A stretch of 63,885 nucleotides of DNA, counting the filler, from Octopus bimaculoides (lineage: Eukaryota), in the NCBI RefSeq assembly GCF_001194135.2. It is 7 parts of 7 records of this genome, joined end to end, with 100 filler letters (N's around TTAATTAATTAA, not from the genome) between each part and the next. Parts side by side here need not be neighbours in the genome. Positions count along the whole stretch, not along the records: positions 47,653 to 54,396 come from NC_068981.1; positions 54,497 to 60,809 come from NW_026306836.1; positions 60,910 to 62,543 come from NC_068993.1; positions 62,644 to 63,885 come from NC_069004.1; 3 more parts are not named here. One strand, 5' to 3'. The notes beneath the pieces were generated by a model that had not been told where the DNA came from, did no database searches, and was given only the letters and a program-made list of their open reading frames with translations. Positions 51,385 to 63,885 of this stretch are shown piece by piece. Numbering within the stretch: position 1 is the first letter of the stretch; the number at the start of each line of letters is the position of its first letter. The position numbers and the translations under genes are program-made.

Positions 51385-51825
51385 ATTATTATTAAGGTTG
51401 TGAGCTGAGAGAATTGTTAGCACCCTAGGCAAAATAATTAGCGACATTTCGTCTGTCTTCATGTTCTGAGATCAAATTCTGCCGAGGTCCACTCTGTCTT
51501 TTATCCTTTTGGGGTCGATAAAATGAGTACCAGTTGAACACTGAGGGTCGATCTAATCGACTTACCCCCTCCAACGAAATTGTTAACCTTGTTCTGACAC
51601 TTAAAATCACTATTAATGAGTTAACTAATACAGCGAGCTGGCAGAATCTTTAGAATGTGGCATTTCGTCCGTCTTTACGTTGTAAGTACGAATTCCGACG
51701 AGACCGACTTTGCTTTTCATTCTTTTGAGGTCGATAAAATAATACTAGTTGAGTACTGGAGTTGATGTAAACAACTTCTTTTAAAAACTCCTGGCCATGT
51801 ACCAGAATTTAAAATTATCATTAAT
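51385..51825 (+). mobile_element. Two tandem SINE family A copies
   Basis: Preceded by TATTATTATTAAGG; heads GAGCTGAGAGAATTGTTAG and GCGAGCTGGCAGAATC. Confidence 0.85.
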
Positions 51826-52049
51826 GTGGTAACTCACACTTTAACACGTCGCCTTATTTTTGTGTAGTATAATGTTGGTATTTTGACCATCACAATTCCA
51901 TATCGATGTGTATCTGCACCTGTGTGTGTGTAAATATTTCGTGTGTGTGTGTAAATAATTCTGTTTGTGGCCAGGAAGAAGCCAGCATGGGAAGGGAATG
52001 CAAAATATCGTGTACGACAGGCATTTGAGACAGACAAGACATAAACTGT

Positions 52050-52845
52050 ACGTGTTAGAGATAAATGAAGAGATTAGCAGAGAGACAGGAAGATAAGGTG
52101 TAAAGATAATTGAGAGAAAGGAGAATGGTAACGAATGAAAGGAAGAACTAGTCATTGGCAGTGAGATGTAGAACAATAAACGTGGGAGGGATGAGAAGGT
52201 GGAAGAAAAAGAAGTATTAGAAACTGGTCGTAAAAAATGGAAGGATCATTGTAGCGGGGAGAGAGGATCAGACGTAGTGAGGAGAGAGGATCAGATGTAG
52301 TGAAGAGAGAGGAGGAAGTAGAGATTGCTTGTGAAAGGTGTAAGGATCGCTGAGGGAAGGTGAGAGACATAGTGAGAGGAGAGGAGAGAACTAGACATTG
52401 CTAGTGAAAGGGGTAAGACTCAATGAGAGAAGGGGAGGGAAGCAGAAATATAGCAGGGGGGAGAGAAATAGGGAAATCAGATGAATAACTAGAGACTGTG
52501 AGGGAGAAATAGAGGGGGAACTGAGGAAGTGATGGGGAGTGATAGTAAGAAAAGATGATGAGCTACAGACTGACAGTGAGGGATAGAAAAGTAATTGATA
52601 AACGGAGAAGAGCCGTAGTGGAGTGAGAGGAAAAACTAGTTAGAGAGAGAGCGGTGGTGAAATGAGAGTAGGAAACACCGGAGAGGTCAGAGACTGAAGA
52701 TTAATTGAAGCAGGGTGCAGTAGTAGAACGAGACGGAAATAGAGGGAGGCTAGAAGAAACGTGAAGAGGGAAAGTAATAGAAGACTCTGAGAGTGATATT
52801 GGAGAGTCAGGAAGGATAAGGGAAAGCAATAGAACGGAGTGTTAA
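52050..52845 (-). mobile_element. Strongly strand-skewed decayed LINE-like sequence (CR1/L2-like, tentative)
   Basis: Purine-rich plus strand giving Ser/Leu/Pro-rich minus frames. No unambiguous motif. Confidence 0.25.
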
Positions 52846-52847
52846 GT

Positions 52848-52965
52848 TGGTGGTGAACTGGCAGAATCACTAGAACGCCGTGCAAAATGCCCAGCGCTAT
52901 TTCGTCCGTCTTTAGGTTCTGAGTTCAAATTCCGCCGATATCGACTTTGCTTTTCATCCTTTCGG
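52848..52965 (+). mobile_element. SINE family A, 5' half
   Basis: GGTGAACTGGCAGAATC...GTTCTGAGTTCAAATTCCGCCG...CATCCTTTCGG. Confidence 0.85.
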
Positions 52966-53699
52966 AATCACCTGACCGTCCTGTCATTTTCTGCAACATT
53001 TTGGCTTTAATAAGACTCGCAAATACAACTGGAAACGCTTTATCTGACATCCGTGCAAGGCCTCTAAACGTGGATCTGTTTCATTTGGGTCTATCTTCCT
53101 CAATTACATTAACCATTTTTCTTGGATTATAACCTCTATTGCCCACCTTCTGTTATGTATGGTTATGAGCCTCGACGTCTCATAAATTTAAATACCGCTT
53201 GGCGTATATGTTGTATATATCTTGTGTATACAGTCAGCATATCATTGTACATACAATGTACAACATACGTGGAGTTCTTCAGGACAGTATGCTTCTTTGT
53301 TGCTACATTTTTATTATTTTTTACCATATAAGGCAGCGAGCTGGCAGAGTCTTTAGTGCGCCTGAAAAAATTATTTACGGTATTTGATCAGGATCTTTAC
53401 ATTCTGCGTGTGTTTATTTGGCAAAAAAAAAAAAGAAAAAAAAACAAATTGTCCATCCCGAAATACCACAATATCTGTTTCAATACACGGTTTCACATCC
53501 AGAATATTGCAACACAAATTCCTAAACGTATGTGTGTATGTATNNNNNNNNNNNNNNNNNNNNNNNNNNNNNNNNNNNNNNNNNNNNNNNNNNNNNNNNN
53601 NNNNNNNNNNNNNNNNNNNNNNNNNNNNNNNNNNNNNNATATATAACAGAAATGAATAGACAATCTTATAATCATTAAAATTTCTTTAAATCTGAAATT

Positions 53700-54380
53700 T
53701 TACATTCAGAAGTGTTCAATAGGGTTCATATCTGGTGACTGGCTTGGCCATGGAAGCTTTTTAATGCCGTTCTCATCCAACATATCTTGGGTCATTTTAG
53801 CCATGTGACAAGGAGCCCTATTTTCCATAAATAAAGAGTCTTCTTAAATCATTTTACCATTGGACAAGATTGGAAGGAGTCCATTCTGCAACATGGACAC
53901 ATATTTATCTGAGTTTATATTTCCCTTGCTCCAAATTGCTCCCAGACCATCATAGAATAGCTGCCGTGTTTCAATTGTTGGCTGCAATGTTTTCGCATCA
54001 AATTCTTGATCACAGAATCTGCAGACCCATACTCGAGCACTACAGAAAATACATTAAATCTGGACTCATCAGGGAATATGACAGTGTCCCAAAATGCTAG
54101 TGGCCTCTCCACTATCCCACTGGCCCAATCTTTTCTCCGTTTGATGTTGGCTGGCCGTAGAAGTAGCTTCCTACTTGCTGCTCTGCTATAGTAACAAAGT
54201 TTGTGGAGGTACCTGACAGCTGTTCTGGGACTGGTCTGGGCGAGGTGATGAGAACTCCTTCCCCTCTCTGGTATCCCAAGGCTTTAATCGATCTTACGCT
54301 GAATATGTCCACCTTCAGAATGACCCACAATATGGCCTCTTTGAAATTCAGATAGTTTCAAGGCTTCTTTTATACATGGC
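53700..54380 (-). mobile_element. Tc1-family (DD34E-type) transposase fossil
   Basis: LSEFQRGHIVG (N-terminal HTH), WDTVIFPDESRFN, LKHGSYSMMVW and FMENRAPCHMAK...WPSQSPDMNPIEH. Frameshifted and internally deleted. Confidence 0.9.
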
Positions 54381-54496
54381 ATGATTAAACAGTCACNNNN
54401 NNNNNNNNNNNNNNNNNNNNNNNNNNNNNNNNNNNNNNNNTTAATTAATTAANNNNNNNNNNNNNNNNNNNNNNNNNNNNNNNNNNNNNNNNNNNN

Positions 54497-54775
54497 CTAT
54501 CCTTCCTCAATACCGGTTCCCATATGCTATTCATATCTGCACTAGGTCTGCTTAGGAGGTTGTTGTGTCGTAGCATATGTGCTGCTTATTTTAGTTTTCG
54601 TATTTTCCAGTGTTGTTCCCTGTCTATTATTTTAACTTCATCCCACAGGGGGAAGTGGTCTCCCTTTTGCCATACATGATCAGCTATACCCGATTTATCA
54701 ATATCTCCTCGTGTCACAGCTTTGCGATGTTCTTCTACCCTTATTTTGAGGGGGCGACATGTTTCACCTTTGTAT
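54497..54775 (-). mobile_element. Penelope-like element, GIY-YIG C-terminus
   Basis: YKGETCRPLKIRVEEHRKAVTRGDIDKSGIADHVWQKGDHFPLWDEVKIIDREQHWKIRKLK...AAHML...LLSRPS.DMNSIWEP. Confidence 0.9.
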
Positions 54776-54779
54776 AACC

Positions 54780-55070
54780 CATCTAAAAGAACGCACTGGT
54801 ATACCAATAACAAACTTGATGGAAATGTTGACTTACTGTGTAGGAACTACCTACTTCAGTATGGACACTGATATATATCGACATGAAGATGATTTAGCTA
54901 TGTGTTCGCCATTATCAACGATAATAGCCAATGTATACATGGAATACTTCGAGAATTTGGCTTTAGGATCAACACTACTAAAACCAACCCTATGGCTGCG
55001 ATACGTTGATGACACCTTTATTCTCTGGCCCCACCAGCAAGATGTCCAAATGCTGTTAGATCATGTGAAC
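54780..55070 (+). mobile_element. Penelope-like element, RT core fragment
   Basis: TTYFSMDTDIYRHEDDLAMCSPLSTIIANVYMEYFE...WLRYVDDTFILW (PLE RT motifs 4-5). Confidence 0.95.
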
Positions 55071-55071
55071 T

Positions 55072-57175
55072 CATGGCTGCATGAACTGAAACAAACAGTA
55101 GTCTGTCTAAAACAAGCAGAACTTATCATTTCATTTAGAGAAGTGAATGAAATAGGCAAAAGAATGAGCAACTGGAAAGCCCCGGGACCAGATGGAGTCA
55201 AGGCTTCTTGATCAAAAGAATCGGTGAATGTCATGCACGAATAGCTGCGCAACTCAACACCTTGTTGAATGCCGACCAAATAACACCAGAGTGGTTGACA
55301 TTGCGTAGGCCTGTTCTGCGCTTGAAAAACATCGAAAAAGGCAATACGGTAGACAATTACATGTCGATAACATGTTTGCTATTTATGTGGAAGTTATTGA
55401 CTCAAATACTCACAGAGGAGTCAATGTACGAACATCGAGAAAAATGGAGTCCTGCTACATTTCCAGAAGGGTTGCAAATGTAGGTGCAGATGAACCAAGG
55501 ATAAACTCTTGATAGACAAAATTGTACTTAGACTCTGCAAGAGAAGGAAAACTAAATTAGCCATGTCATGGATGGACTATCGAAAGGCGTACGATATGAT
55601 CCCACATTCTTGGATTATGGACTGTATCAACATATTTGGTATTACATCAAATGTTGAGCGATTGCTTGGAAAAAGTATAGCTTGTTAGAGGACGGACCTG
55701 ACAGCATACGGAAGAAGTTTAGGGAAAGTAGAAATTAGGAGAAGCATCTTCCAAGAGAATTGCCCCTCCCAGCTGATCATTGTACTATACTTGATACCAC
55801 TAACACTGATCCTGAGGAAAGCAAATGCCGGATATGTATTCAAAAGTTGCCAACAAAAAGACAACCATCTGTTATTCATGGATGACCTCAAAGTTTGTGG
55901 TAAATATGAAGCCCAAGTGAGTTCCCTCGTTGATACGCTGTATACTTTCAGCGCTATTATCAGAATGGAGTTCAGACTGAGAAAGTGTGGCGTGTTAGTC
56001 TTGAAGAGAGGTAAAGTCACATGTATGGACGGACTAACAATACCGCCAGGGAAGATTATGAAGCAGATAAAAGAGACGAGCGATAGGTATTTTGAAAGTG
56101 GATAAATTGATTGGAGAAAGAAATGACACACAAATTTAAGGTGGAGTATTTGCGCAGATTGAAAATGATCCTTAAATCGAAATTAAACGTACAGAATAAG
56201 ATTAAAGCAATAAACACCTGGGCGGTTTCACTGCTTAGATATGGAGCAAGGGTTATCGCATGGGCAGTAGACGAACCAAATAGCTTAGAAAGAAAGACAT
56301 GGAAGTTGCTAACTAGATATGGGACACTCCACCCAGAAAGTGACACAGACAAGAAAAAGAGGCGGTGGAGGACTTATTGGATGCGAATACAGCATTAGAG
56401 CAGAAGAAAACAACATAACATGGTATGTAAAAATGCCACAGAACCGCTATTCCTAGAGGTAAGGAGGTCAGGCTTGTGTAGGATGAAAGATTGCAAAGAT
56501 AAAGCAATGTGCAAGAAATTGAAAATGAACGAAACTGAAAATAGGTTGGTAAAGAAAAGAGTGCATGGTCAATTCCATAGTGATGTTGAAGATAAGACAG
56601 AGAAAAAAGATGGCTGTGGAAAGGGAGGCTCTAATCTGTGCTAACCAAGTGCAAGCACCAAGAACACACTACATATAATGCAGAATAGTCAGCACATCAG
56701 AAAGTGATAAGTGTAGAACCTGTGGACAAAACGGTGAAATCGTATGGCTTATTACGAGACAATGTACGCCACTGACCCAGAAGCAACATAAGAGACGCAT
56801 CGACAATATAGCCTGGCTTGTCCATTGGACACTTCGTAGCAAGTATGGACTTGACAGAGCAAACGTTGGTGCGACCACAAACCATAACGCATTGTCGAAA
56901 ATAGAAATTCAAAGATCCTGTGGGATTTTGTGATACAGTGCGACCATGCGATTGAGAATAGGAAGCCGAAGTCTTAAATGAGAAAGTAAANNNNNNNNNN
57001 AAAGTCTCGAGAAGTACGTGGAACAAATAGGGCTGCAATAAAGGTAGAGCAGTTGCAGAAAACATCAGAGATTGGAACCGCTCGAATACTCCGGAAGTTA
57101 CTCGGAAAATAAAAGGTGTTACCTCAGTTCACTGGTAGTGAGCAGCTGACACTGTTGTACATCTCCGCGTTAGAA
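55072..57175 (+). mobile_element. R4/NeSL-type RLE LINE, 5'-truncated (RT, zinc knuckle, RLE start, C-terminus)
   Basis: NWKAPGPDGV, WMDYRKAYDMIPHSW, HLLFMDDLK, KCRTCGQ, ILWDF-like segment and LQKT..IGTARILRK, followed by a short 3' UTR. Frameshifts throughout. Confidence 0.9.
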
Positions 57176-57525
57176 GCTGGGCAAGTGTCTTCAACTCTAG
57201 CCTTGGGCCGACCAAAGCCTTGTGAGTGGATTTGCTAGACGGAAACTAAAAGAAGCCCGCCGTATATATGTGTATATATATATGTATATGTGTATGTGTG
57301 TGTGTGTGTGTGTCTGTGTTTATCCCCCAACATCGCTTGACAACCGATGTTGGTGTGTTTACGTCCCTGTAACTTAGCGGTTCGGCAAAATGAACCCATA
57401 TAATAAGTACTAGGCTTACAAAGAATAAATGCTGGGGTCAATTTGCTCGAATAAAGGCGGTGCTCCGGCTTGGCCACAGTCAAATGACTGAAACAAGTAA
57501 AAGAGTAAAATAGAGTCAAGAGTAT
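57176..57525 (+). mobile_element. SINE family B, lacking the tRNA head
   Basis: GGGCAAGTGTCTTC...CAAATGACTGAAACAAGTAAAAGAGTAAAA. Confidence 0.9.
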
Positions 57526-57543
57526 ATAATAACAATGATGATG

Positions 57544-57685
<142 letters not shown>

Positions 57686-60600
57686 ATACCGGGGGACGTT
57701 TAACATGTGAGAACGATAAATCACTGCTCCGAAATTTATCCAAAAACATCGGAAATAAAAACATCGCATAGAGCCAAACAGCTGTCAAATGGTTGGACTA
57801 TATCCGAGTAAGTAATACTCATTGAAATTTATTTCTATTTTTCCAAATATAATGATGTATTTTAACTGGGTATCATCTCCACTGCTCGCACAGCACACGT
57901 AAACACGCTTGTTACATCAACAACAGACCATCTCCGGCCCCAAACACCATGTACAAAATAATTACAAATAGATTAAATAATACCGGTATTATTCCACCCA
58001 AGAATAACAACCGCGAAGTGCGTACTTTAAACTTGTTACGCAAAAAGTACGAAGAGGTACACATGCAAAACAATCTGACAACAGAAATGAACGGACCGGT
58101 ACCCTACAAAAATGATGACCGTCAAAATAAAGGGCCGGACGCTGTTCCTCATGTCCCGCAAATAAAACCAAAATGTCATAAATGGACACGTGAGGAATAC
58201 ATTTCGATCCTACACGCTTGATTTACAGCAGTGCTCTACCCAAAGAACAAAAACGCAATAACACATACATATAAAATATGGAAGAAAAATAATCTAAATA
58301 AAGACCTGGATACAACAATGAACCCTAATAAACTAGTTAAGATGCGAAGACATATTCTCAAAGCAAAAAAAAAAGTATCAGAAATAGAAATAGAACAATT
58401 GAAAGGAAAAGTACATCAGGAAAATCTAGATAGTAGTCACACAGCAATGCCAAATAATAATATAAACACTGAGATAGTAAAACACGAAGACAAACGTAAA
58501 ATTTCCGCCAAAAACGAAGTAAACAAAAATCAATAAATCCAGACCGTAGAGATGTATAATAATGTAAAAAAGTACCAATCCAGAACACCGTAGACAAACA
58601 TATGAATGAAAAGGAAGGCGAAACAAATCTAAAACCTGCGAATAACGAAGGGAAACCTAATAATTACGATACTATGAAAATGAGAATAACAGAAGAACTG
58701 AAAACCACAGATCTTAGAATGGACCACAGATTATATCTCCCAAAAATCAAAATAGACAATAAAACAACATCAATAATAAATAGCATAAACCTGGCCGTCA
58801 CGGAACTAACAACCACAGAAACAACTGGCAATATCACTGAGCAGGATAATCCCTCAAACCCATCCGAATAGGAGGTCCACCACCCAAACAAACATTGTGG
58901 ATACATACTATCGAAAACAAAATTTAAAGAGAAAAAAGAGAAAAGATCTATCGATTTTCAACGAAATTAGTAGACAATCAACACAATTAAGTAACAAGAA
59001 GAAAACAAAAATACTGTACAAATACATTACAGAAAAAGATTTACCTGAGGCAAAAGAAAAGCTAAAGCAAGATATCCTTGCCAAAGCACAAAGGACCCGC
59101 CGGTATGAGAAACGCCAACGTTTCCTTGAAAAAAGCAAGCAGTTCAAATCAAACCCCAAAAAATTCTACCAAGAACTGGATAAGAATAAAATAGACATTA
59201 CTGCAGCACCAACAGCAGAAGAAGTGGAAGAATTTTGGAAACAAATATAGTCGGTGAAGCAACAACCCCAGAAAAGGACCGTTAAACAACGAACGTAGTA
59301 CCTGAGCAAATCTGGACCCCTATAACAACCTAAGAGGTCACCCAGGCACTGCAAAGTCTAAGCAACTGGAAGGCACCTGGGCACGACAAGATCCCCAACG
59401 TCTGGTTAAAATACCTGACAGGAATGCATAAAAAGCTGGCTGAAAACTTTAACAACATACTAGCATAGCCAGAGACAATGCTTGAATGGCTCACGAAAGG
59501 GAAAACCATCTTAATTCCCAAATCCACGGAAAAGGAGAAATTACAAAACTACAAACCTATAACCTGTCTACCTACGATCTTCAAAGCCTTTACTGCAATA
59601 ATATCGCAGAGATTGTGTAAGCACCTGTAAAATAACAACCTGTTTCCAGAAGAGCAGAAGGGATGCTGAAAGGGCTCATACAGCTGTAAAGATCAATTAA
59701 TGACCAATAAAGCCATAACTGAAGACAGCCGCAGAAAGAAGAAAGGCCTGAATATGGCCTGGATCGACTACCGAAAGGCTTTCGACAGTGTTCCCCACAC
59801 GTGGGTCCCCGAAACACTAGCCATAAACAAGGTGGCACCAATTATAATAAAATTCATAAGGCACTCTATGAATAAATGGCAGACAGTGCTACAGCTCGAA
59901 ACAAAAAAGGGACTCGTGAAAACGAAAACCATCCGCATTAGAAGAGGAATATTCCAGGGAGACACGCTCTCTCCACTCCTGTTCTGCCTGTCACTCACAC
60001 CTTTAACGGAATTGCTAAATAGAACTGGATGCGGATACAAATGTTACGGTAAAGCAGTCAGCCACCTTATATATATGTATGACCTAAAAGTATACACTAG
60101 AAATGATAAAGAGCTAGAAACACGACTACAGACAGTACATGGATTTACCAAGGATATAGATATGAAATTCGGATTAGGAAAATGTGCCAAAGCAACCCTG
60201 AAAAAAGGAAAACTAGTTAAGAGTAGCAACATCACACTAGATAAAGTCAATGAAATAAGAGAACTAGACGAAAGCCAGCCATACACTAGATAGGATACAA
60301 GAACTAGATAGGATACAACACAAACAAATTAAGAACAAAATAAAGAAAAAGTACTATAGACGAGTTAGATCAATACTAAAAACAGAGCTCAATGTTAAAA
60401 CAAGATAATAGGTATTAACACTTTAGTCACCCCAGTTATAATTTACAGCTACAATATCGTTAACTGGACACTAAATGAACTATCTAAAATAGACAGGAAA
60501 AAGGGAGAATAATGACAGGATCTAGGATGCACCACCCAAAATCTGACGTATAAAGGTCATATATACAACATACAGAAGGTTGTAGGGGTTTTATACAGCT

Positions 60601-60789
60601 GGAAACCCATTATAAAATAACCAACATAGGTCTGCAAAAATACCTACTCCAGAAGCAAGGGAAACTAATAAAATAGCCACAAAACACGAGCAAAACAAAA
60701 AACTGTTTTCAGTATTTAAGGAAGCTGACAAATACAAACAAGAAGTCATACTACCTAACAAATACGAAGAAGAAGAAGAAGAAGAAGAA
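57686..60789 (+). mobile_element. R4/Dong-type LINE including 5' UTR and N-terminus, broken at a gap
   Basis: KWTREEY N-terminal motif, NWKAPGHDKIPNVWLK, NYKPITCLPT, PEEQKG, MAWIDYRKAFDSVPHTW, RRGIFQGDTLSPLLFC and HLIYMYDLK. In-frame stops and frameshifts; ends in a (GAA)n run at the gap. Confidence 0.92.
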
Positions 60790-61303
60790 GAAGAAGAAGA
60801 AGAAGAAGANNNNNNNNNNNNNNNNNNNNNNNNNNNNNNNNNNNNNNNNNNNNTTAATTAATTAANNNNNNNNNNNNNNNNNNNNNNNNNNNNNNNNNNN
60901 NNNNNNNNNTATATATATATATATATATATATATAATTTGTATGTATGTATATATGTACATACATACATATATATATGTATTTATAATACACATGGTTTA
61001 TTTATGTTTATATCTGTATGTGTGTGCGTGGTTGTGTGTGTGTGTGTGTGTGCGTGTATAAATACATATATATTATATACATACATGCATGTATGTTTGT
61101 ATATAAATATAAACTTAGCAGCTAGTGTGTGCGTGTGTGTGTGTTTAAACAGATTTATATATAAGAATTCACAAAATCATGACACAGGTATCTGAAAATA
61201 CATACATATATATTAAGAACATAAACACACTAGTCACACACATATACGTACTTACATAAACTTACCAACAGCAAATATTACACTTTACTAAACACTCTCT
61301 TTT

Positions 61304-61357
<54 letters not shown>

Positions 61358-62141
61358 TGCTCTCCTTCTTACATTGTCTTATTATGTAGGTAGGCAGACG
61401 ACACATCTGCACTCACATAAAATCACGGGCGCTCAAACCTGCAGATAAACACACACACACACACACACACATATAATCATACATTACGTATGAGAAGTCA
61501 CATAAAAGCAACAAATATTCTATACCACCTCATCGCCATTGCTATATATTGTAATATTGTACACCACACACACACACACACACGTTCATATGCACACGCA
61601 CACACACACATATATATATATACACACGTGAGCGCGCTCACACATACCACAGCACACAGCCACACACAAAGACACGTCCAATTACATTATATTCTTCATG
61701 GACATATAAATATCTGATGTACGTACATAAATATACACATACATACATACATACATACATACATACATACATACATACATACATAGATGCAGGCATACAT
61801 ACATGCATACACACAGACGTAATGGTCGTATATTATCTATGTGCATTCAAACATCCAGTGTACGAGACATGCACTGACAGTAAACATGCACCCTTTTAAT
61901 GGACATGCATATATCCACAAACAGCCACATGCACACACATTTGCACTTACACATACACAAACACACACAACGATACACACTCTATAACGACCGCCATCGC
62001 CGCCATGACACACAGCGGCAACGCTTTACCACCACACGTCACTCGGAGACCATCACAAAGCTAATCCCTGTTAGGTTTCACGCCATGACCGGCCAAAAAC
62101 CTTTTAAACGGTTTCACTATTAGCAAGAATTCCGCACATAC

Positions 62142-62240
62142 CGGTACAATAGATGGTATCAAAGTCTCATTATGATTTTCATCCGTTTTCCCCGCATCAA
62201 GCGAAACAAACCAATCATCTCTTAAACAACTTGCCGCCAT
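62142..62240 (-). CDS. Probable first coding exon of an unidentified host gene (MAASCLRDDWFVSLDAGKTDENHNETLIPSIVP, phase-0 donor)
   Basis: ATG in strong Kozak context (ACAAAATGG), 33 open codons and donor CCG|GTATGT, within a locally CpG-rich non-repeat sequence. No protein family recognised. Confidence 0.6.
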
Positions 62241-62400
62241 TTTGTCCACAACTTTCCCCCTTCTCCTTCCTCTGTCAGCCTTCACTGCTATCACAAGCGA
62301 TCAAACTGCACACAAACTAACAGCTTTGAAGGTTCAAAAATATATACACTATACTTCGCTCCTTTTCATTCCGTGGGTAAATTTTCACCGTTGCTTTACT
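62233..62400 (-). promoter_or_regulatory. Putative promoter/5' UTR with YY1-type motif AAAATGGCGGC over the start codon
   Basis: GCCGCCATTTT at 62233-62243 (plus strand); CpG-rich surroundings at ~61980-62400. Confidence 0.5.
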
Positions 62401-62478
62401 TAGTGGCATTTCCATTTCCCTATTTAAGTCTTTATCTCCTTCTCTCTCATTTGTGGATGAATGTGTGCATGTGTCTCC

Positions 62479-62543
<65 letters not shown>

Positions 62544-62929
62544 NNNNNNNNNNNNNNNNNNNNNNNNNNNNNNNNNNNNNNNNNNNNTTAATTAATTAAN
62601 NNNNNNNNNNNNNNNNNNNNNNNNNNNNNNNNNNNNNNNNNNNTGGATAGATATTGATATTGATACAGATATATGCGTAGGTGTTTATGCGGATGTATTT
62701 ATGAAGTTATTTATGCATATATGGCTGTATGAGATTAAATCAGAAGGTATCTTTTATTCTTTATTCTCTCTCTGTCTCTCCTTTGTTTTATGCACGCACA
62801 AATACTTACGCGCACACACAACCATGTATTTATATACATACATATACTCTTTACCTCTTTAACTAGTTTCAGTTTGAAAGCTGAGGTCATGCTGGAGCTC
62901 TACCGTTGGCTTTGCCACACCTTCATCAT

Positions 62930-63720
62930 TTGAAATTTCTGATATGGGACATTTTGTGTATGATGGCCTTTGATGCTGCTGCCCTCATCTGTGTTTCCTG
63001 CTGTGAGGCTCATCTGGAACCCTTAGAGAGGAGCCAGTTTTGTTCTGAAGACACCCACAACCACATCATGCAGGCCTTCCAGAAGGATATTGATAGCAAA
63101 AGATGGCCGTTTGTTTTTGCCTTGCCAACCCCATGCTTCCCTATTACGTCACCCCATATGGATGTATCACAGCCTATACGTGCATTGAACTCACCAAGGA
63201 GCAGAAGTGTATTATGGATAGAGACACCTCTCAAGTGGCTACGACAGCTCAGACTAGAACTGCTCTTTGACTACGTCATTTGAGTTCATGGCTGGTGCAT
63301 AGCAGCTGAAAATAGTTGCTTATTTATGTTTGCCAGTATAGATGCGCAATGACATGTGTCTTTCACTTATGCCAACAAGTAGAGGTTCAAGTTGTTTCAC
63401 CAAGTCATTCCGAATATCAAACCCAACACCTGCCTTCTTCTTTACTTCCTGAAGCTCACCAATCCAAAAATAAAAAGGTGCATCCACCATCAACTTCTTG
63501 TAGCTGACCACAGTCCACTAATCTGGTTTCTGAAAGAGCTTCTATTTGATGTTTTTTTTTTCTTTCTTTCAAGACTCGGGCAACCAAAGCAGTCCTACGT
63601 TCTATATTCTTCTTGTTGTCCTGAAGAGTTCTTACATTCCAAGATGCAATTAAGAGGTTTTCTGTTTTCAACTTGCTTAATTTTCAGGTGCAGATTTGGG
63701 TGCCTAGCCATTTGCACCTA
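62930..63720 (-). mobile_element. RTE (BovB-like) LINE, APE endonuclease region, frameshifted
   Basis: IASWNVRTL...ERRTALVAR...ALSETRL, AGVGFDIRN...ISERHMSLR and LLLLGEFNARIG...WGDVIGKHGVGKAKTNGHLLL. Confidence 0.92.
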
Positions 63721-63885
63721 ATGACAAGGAGTAATGTGAGTAAACAATTTTTGAGTCGCATTTTCTTGCAATGTTAGGGTGTTGCTTGTCTATAGGAGGA
63801 AAGCAGTGCCATCCTAAACAGGGCTGCTTTGTTGTGAAAGGAGGACACGGGACACGAATTACACAATTACCCGGAAGTGTTGCAT

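Overview
This is AT-rich, gap-ridden eukaryotic genomic DNA, almost certainly a cephalopod (Octopus-like) draft assembly. That call is inferred from the repeat families and microsatellite density, not from a database hit. The window consists of seven pieces joined by an artificial 100-bp linker (44 N + TTAATTAATTAA + 44 N). It is dominated by microsatellites, at least four tRNA-derived or SINE-like families, and fossil transposons recognisable from translated motifs: Penelope-like elements (RT and GIY-YIG), R4/Dong-type RLE LINEs, RTE, CR1 and L1/Tx1 LINEs, a Ty3/Gypsy pol remnant, Tc1 and mariner transposases, and several MITEs or fold-backs. No intact TE ORF is present. The only credible host-gene signal is a CpG-rich first coding exon on the minus strand (62240-62142) with a YY1-type motif over the ATG and a consensus donor site. 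The most interesting observations are: a hammerhead ribozyme with an intact core and a ~97-nt stem II insert (46937-47060, minus) plus several decayed hammerheads; two head-to-head Penelope insertions; a 119-nt pri-miRNA-like hairpin; a SINE array nested in (TAA)n tracts alongside a Dong-like LINE sitting at a (TAA)n tract; and a strongly CpG-depleted domain (~30.9-47.5 kb). I did not find a convincing wholly new multi-gene system. No CRISPR array, rRNA or genuine tRNA gene was found.
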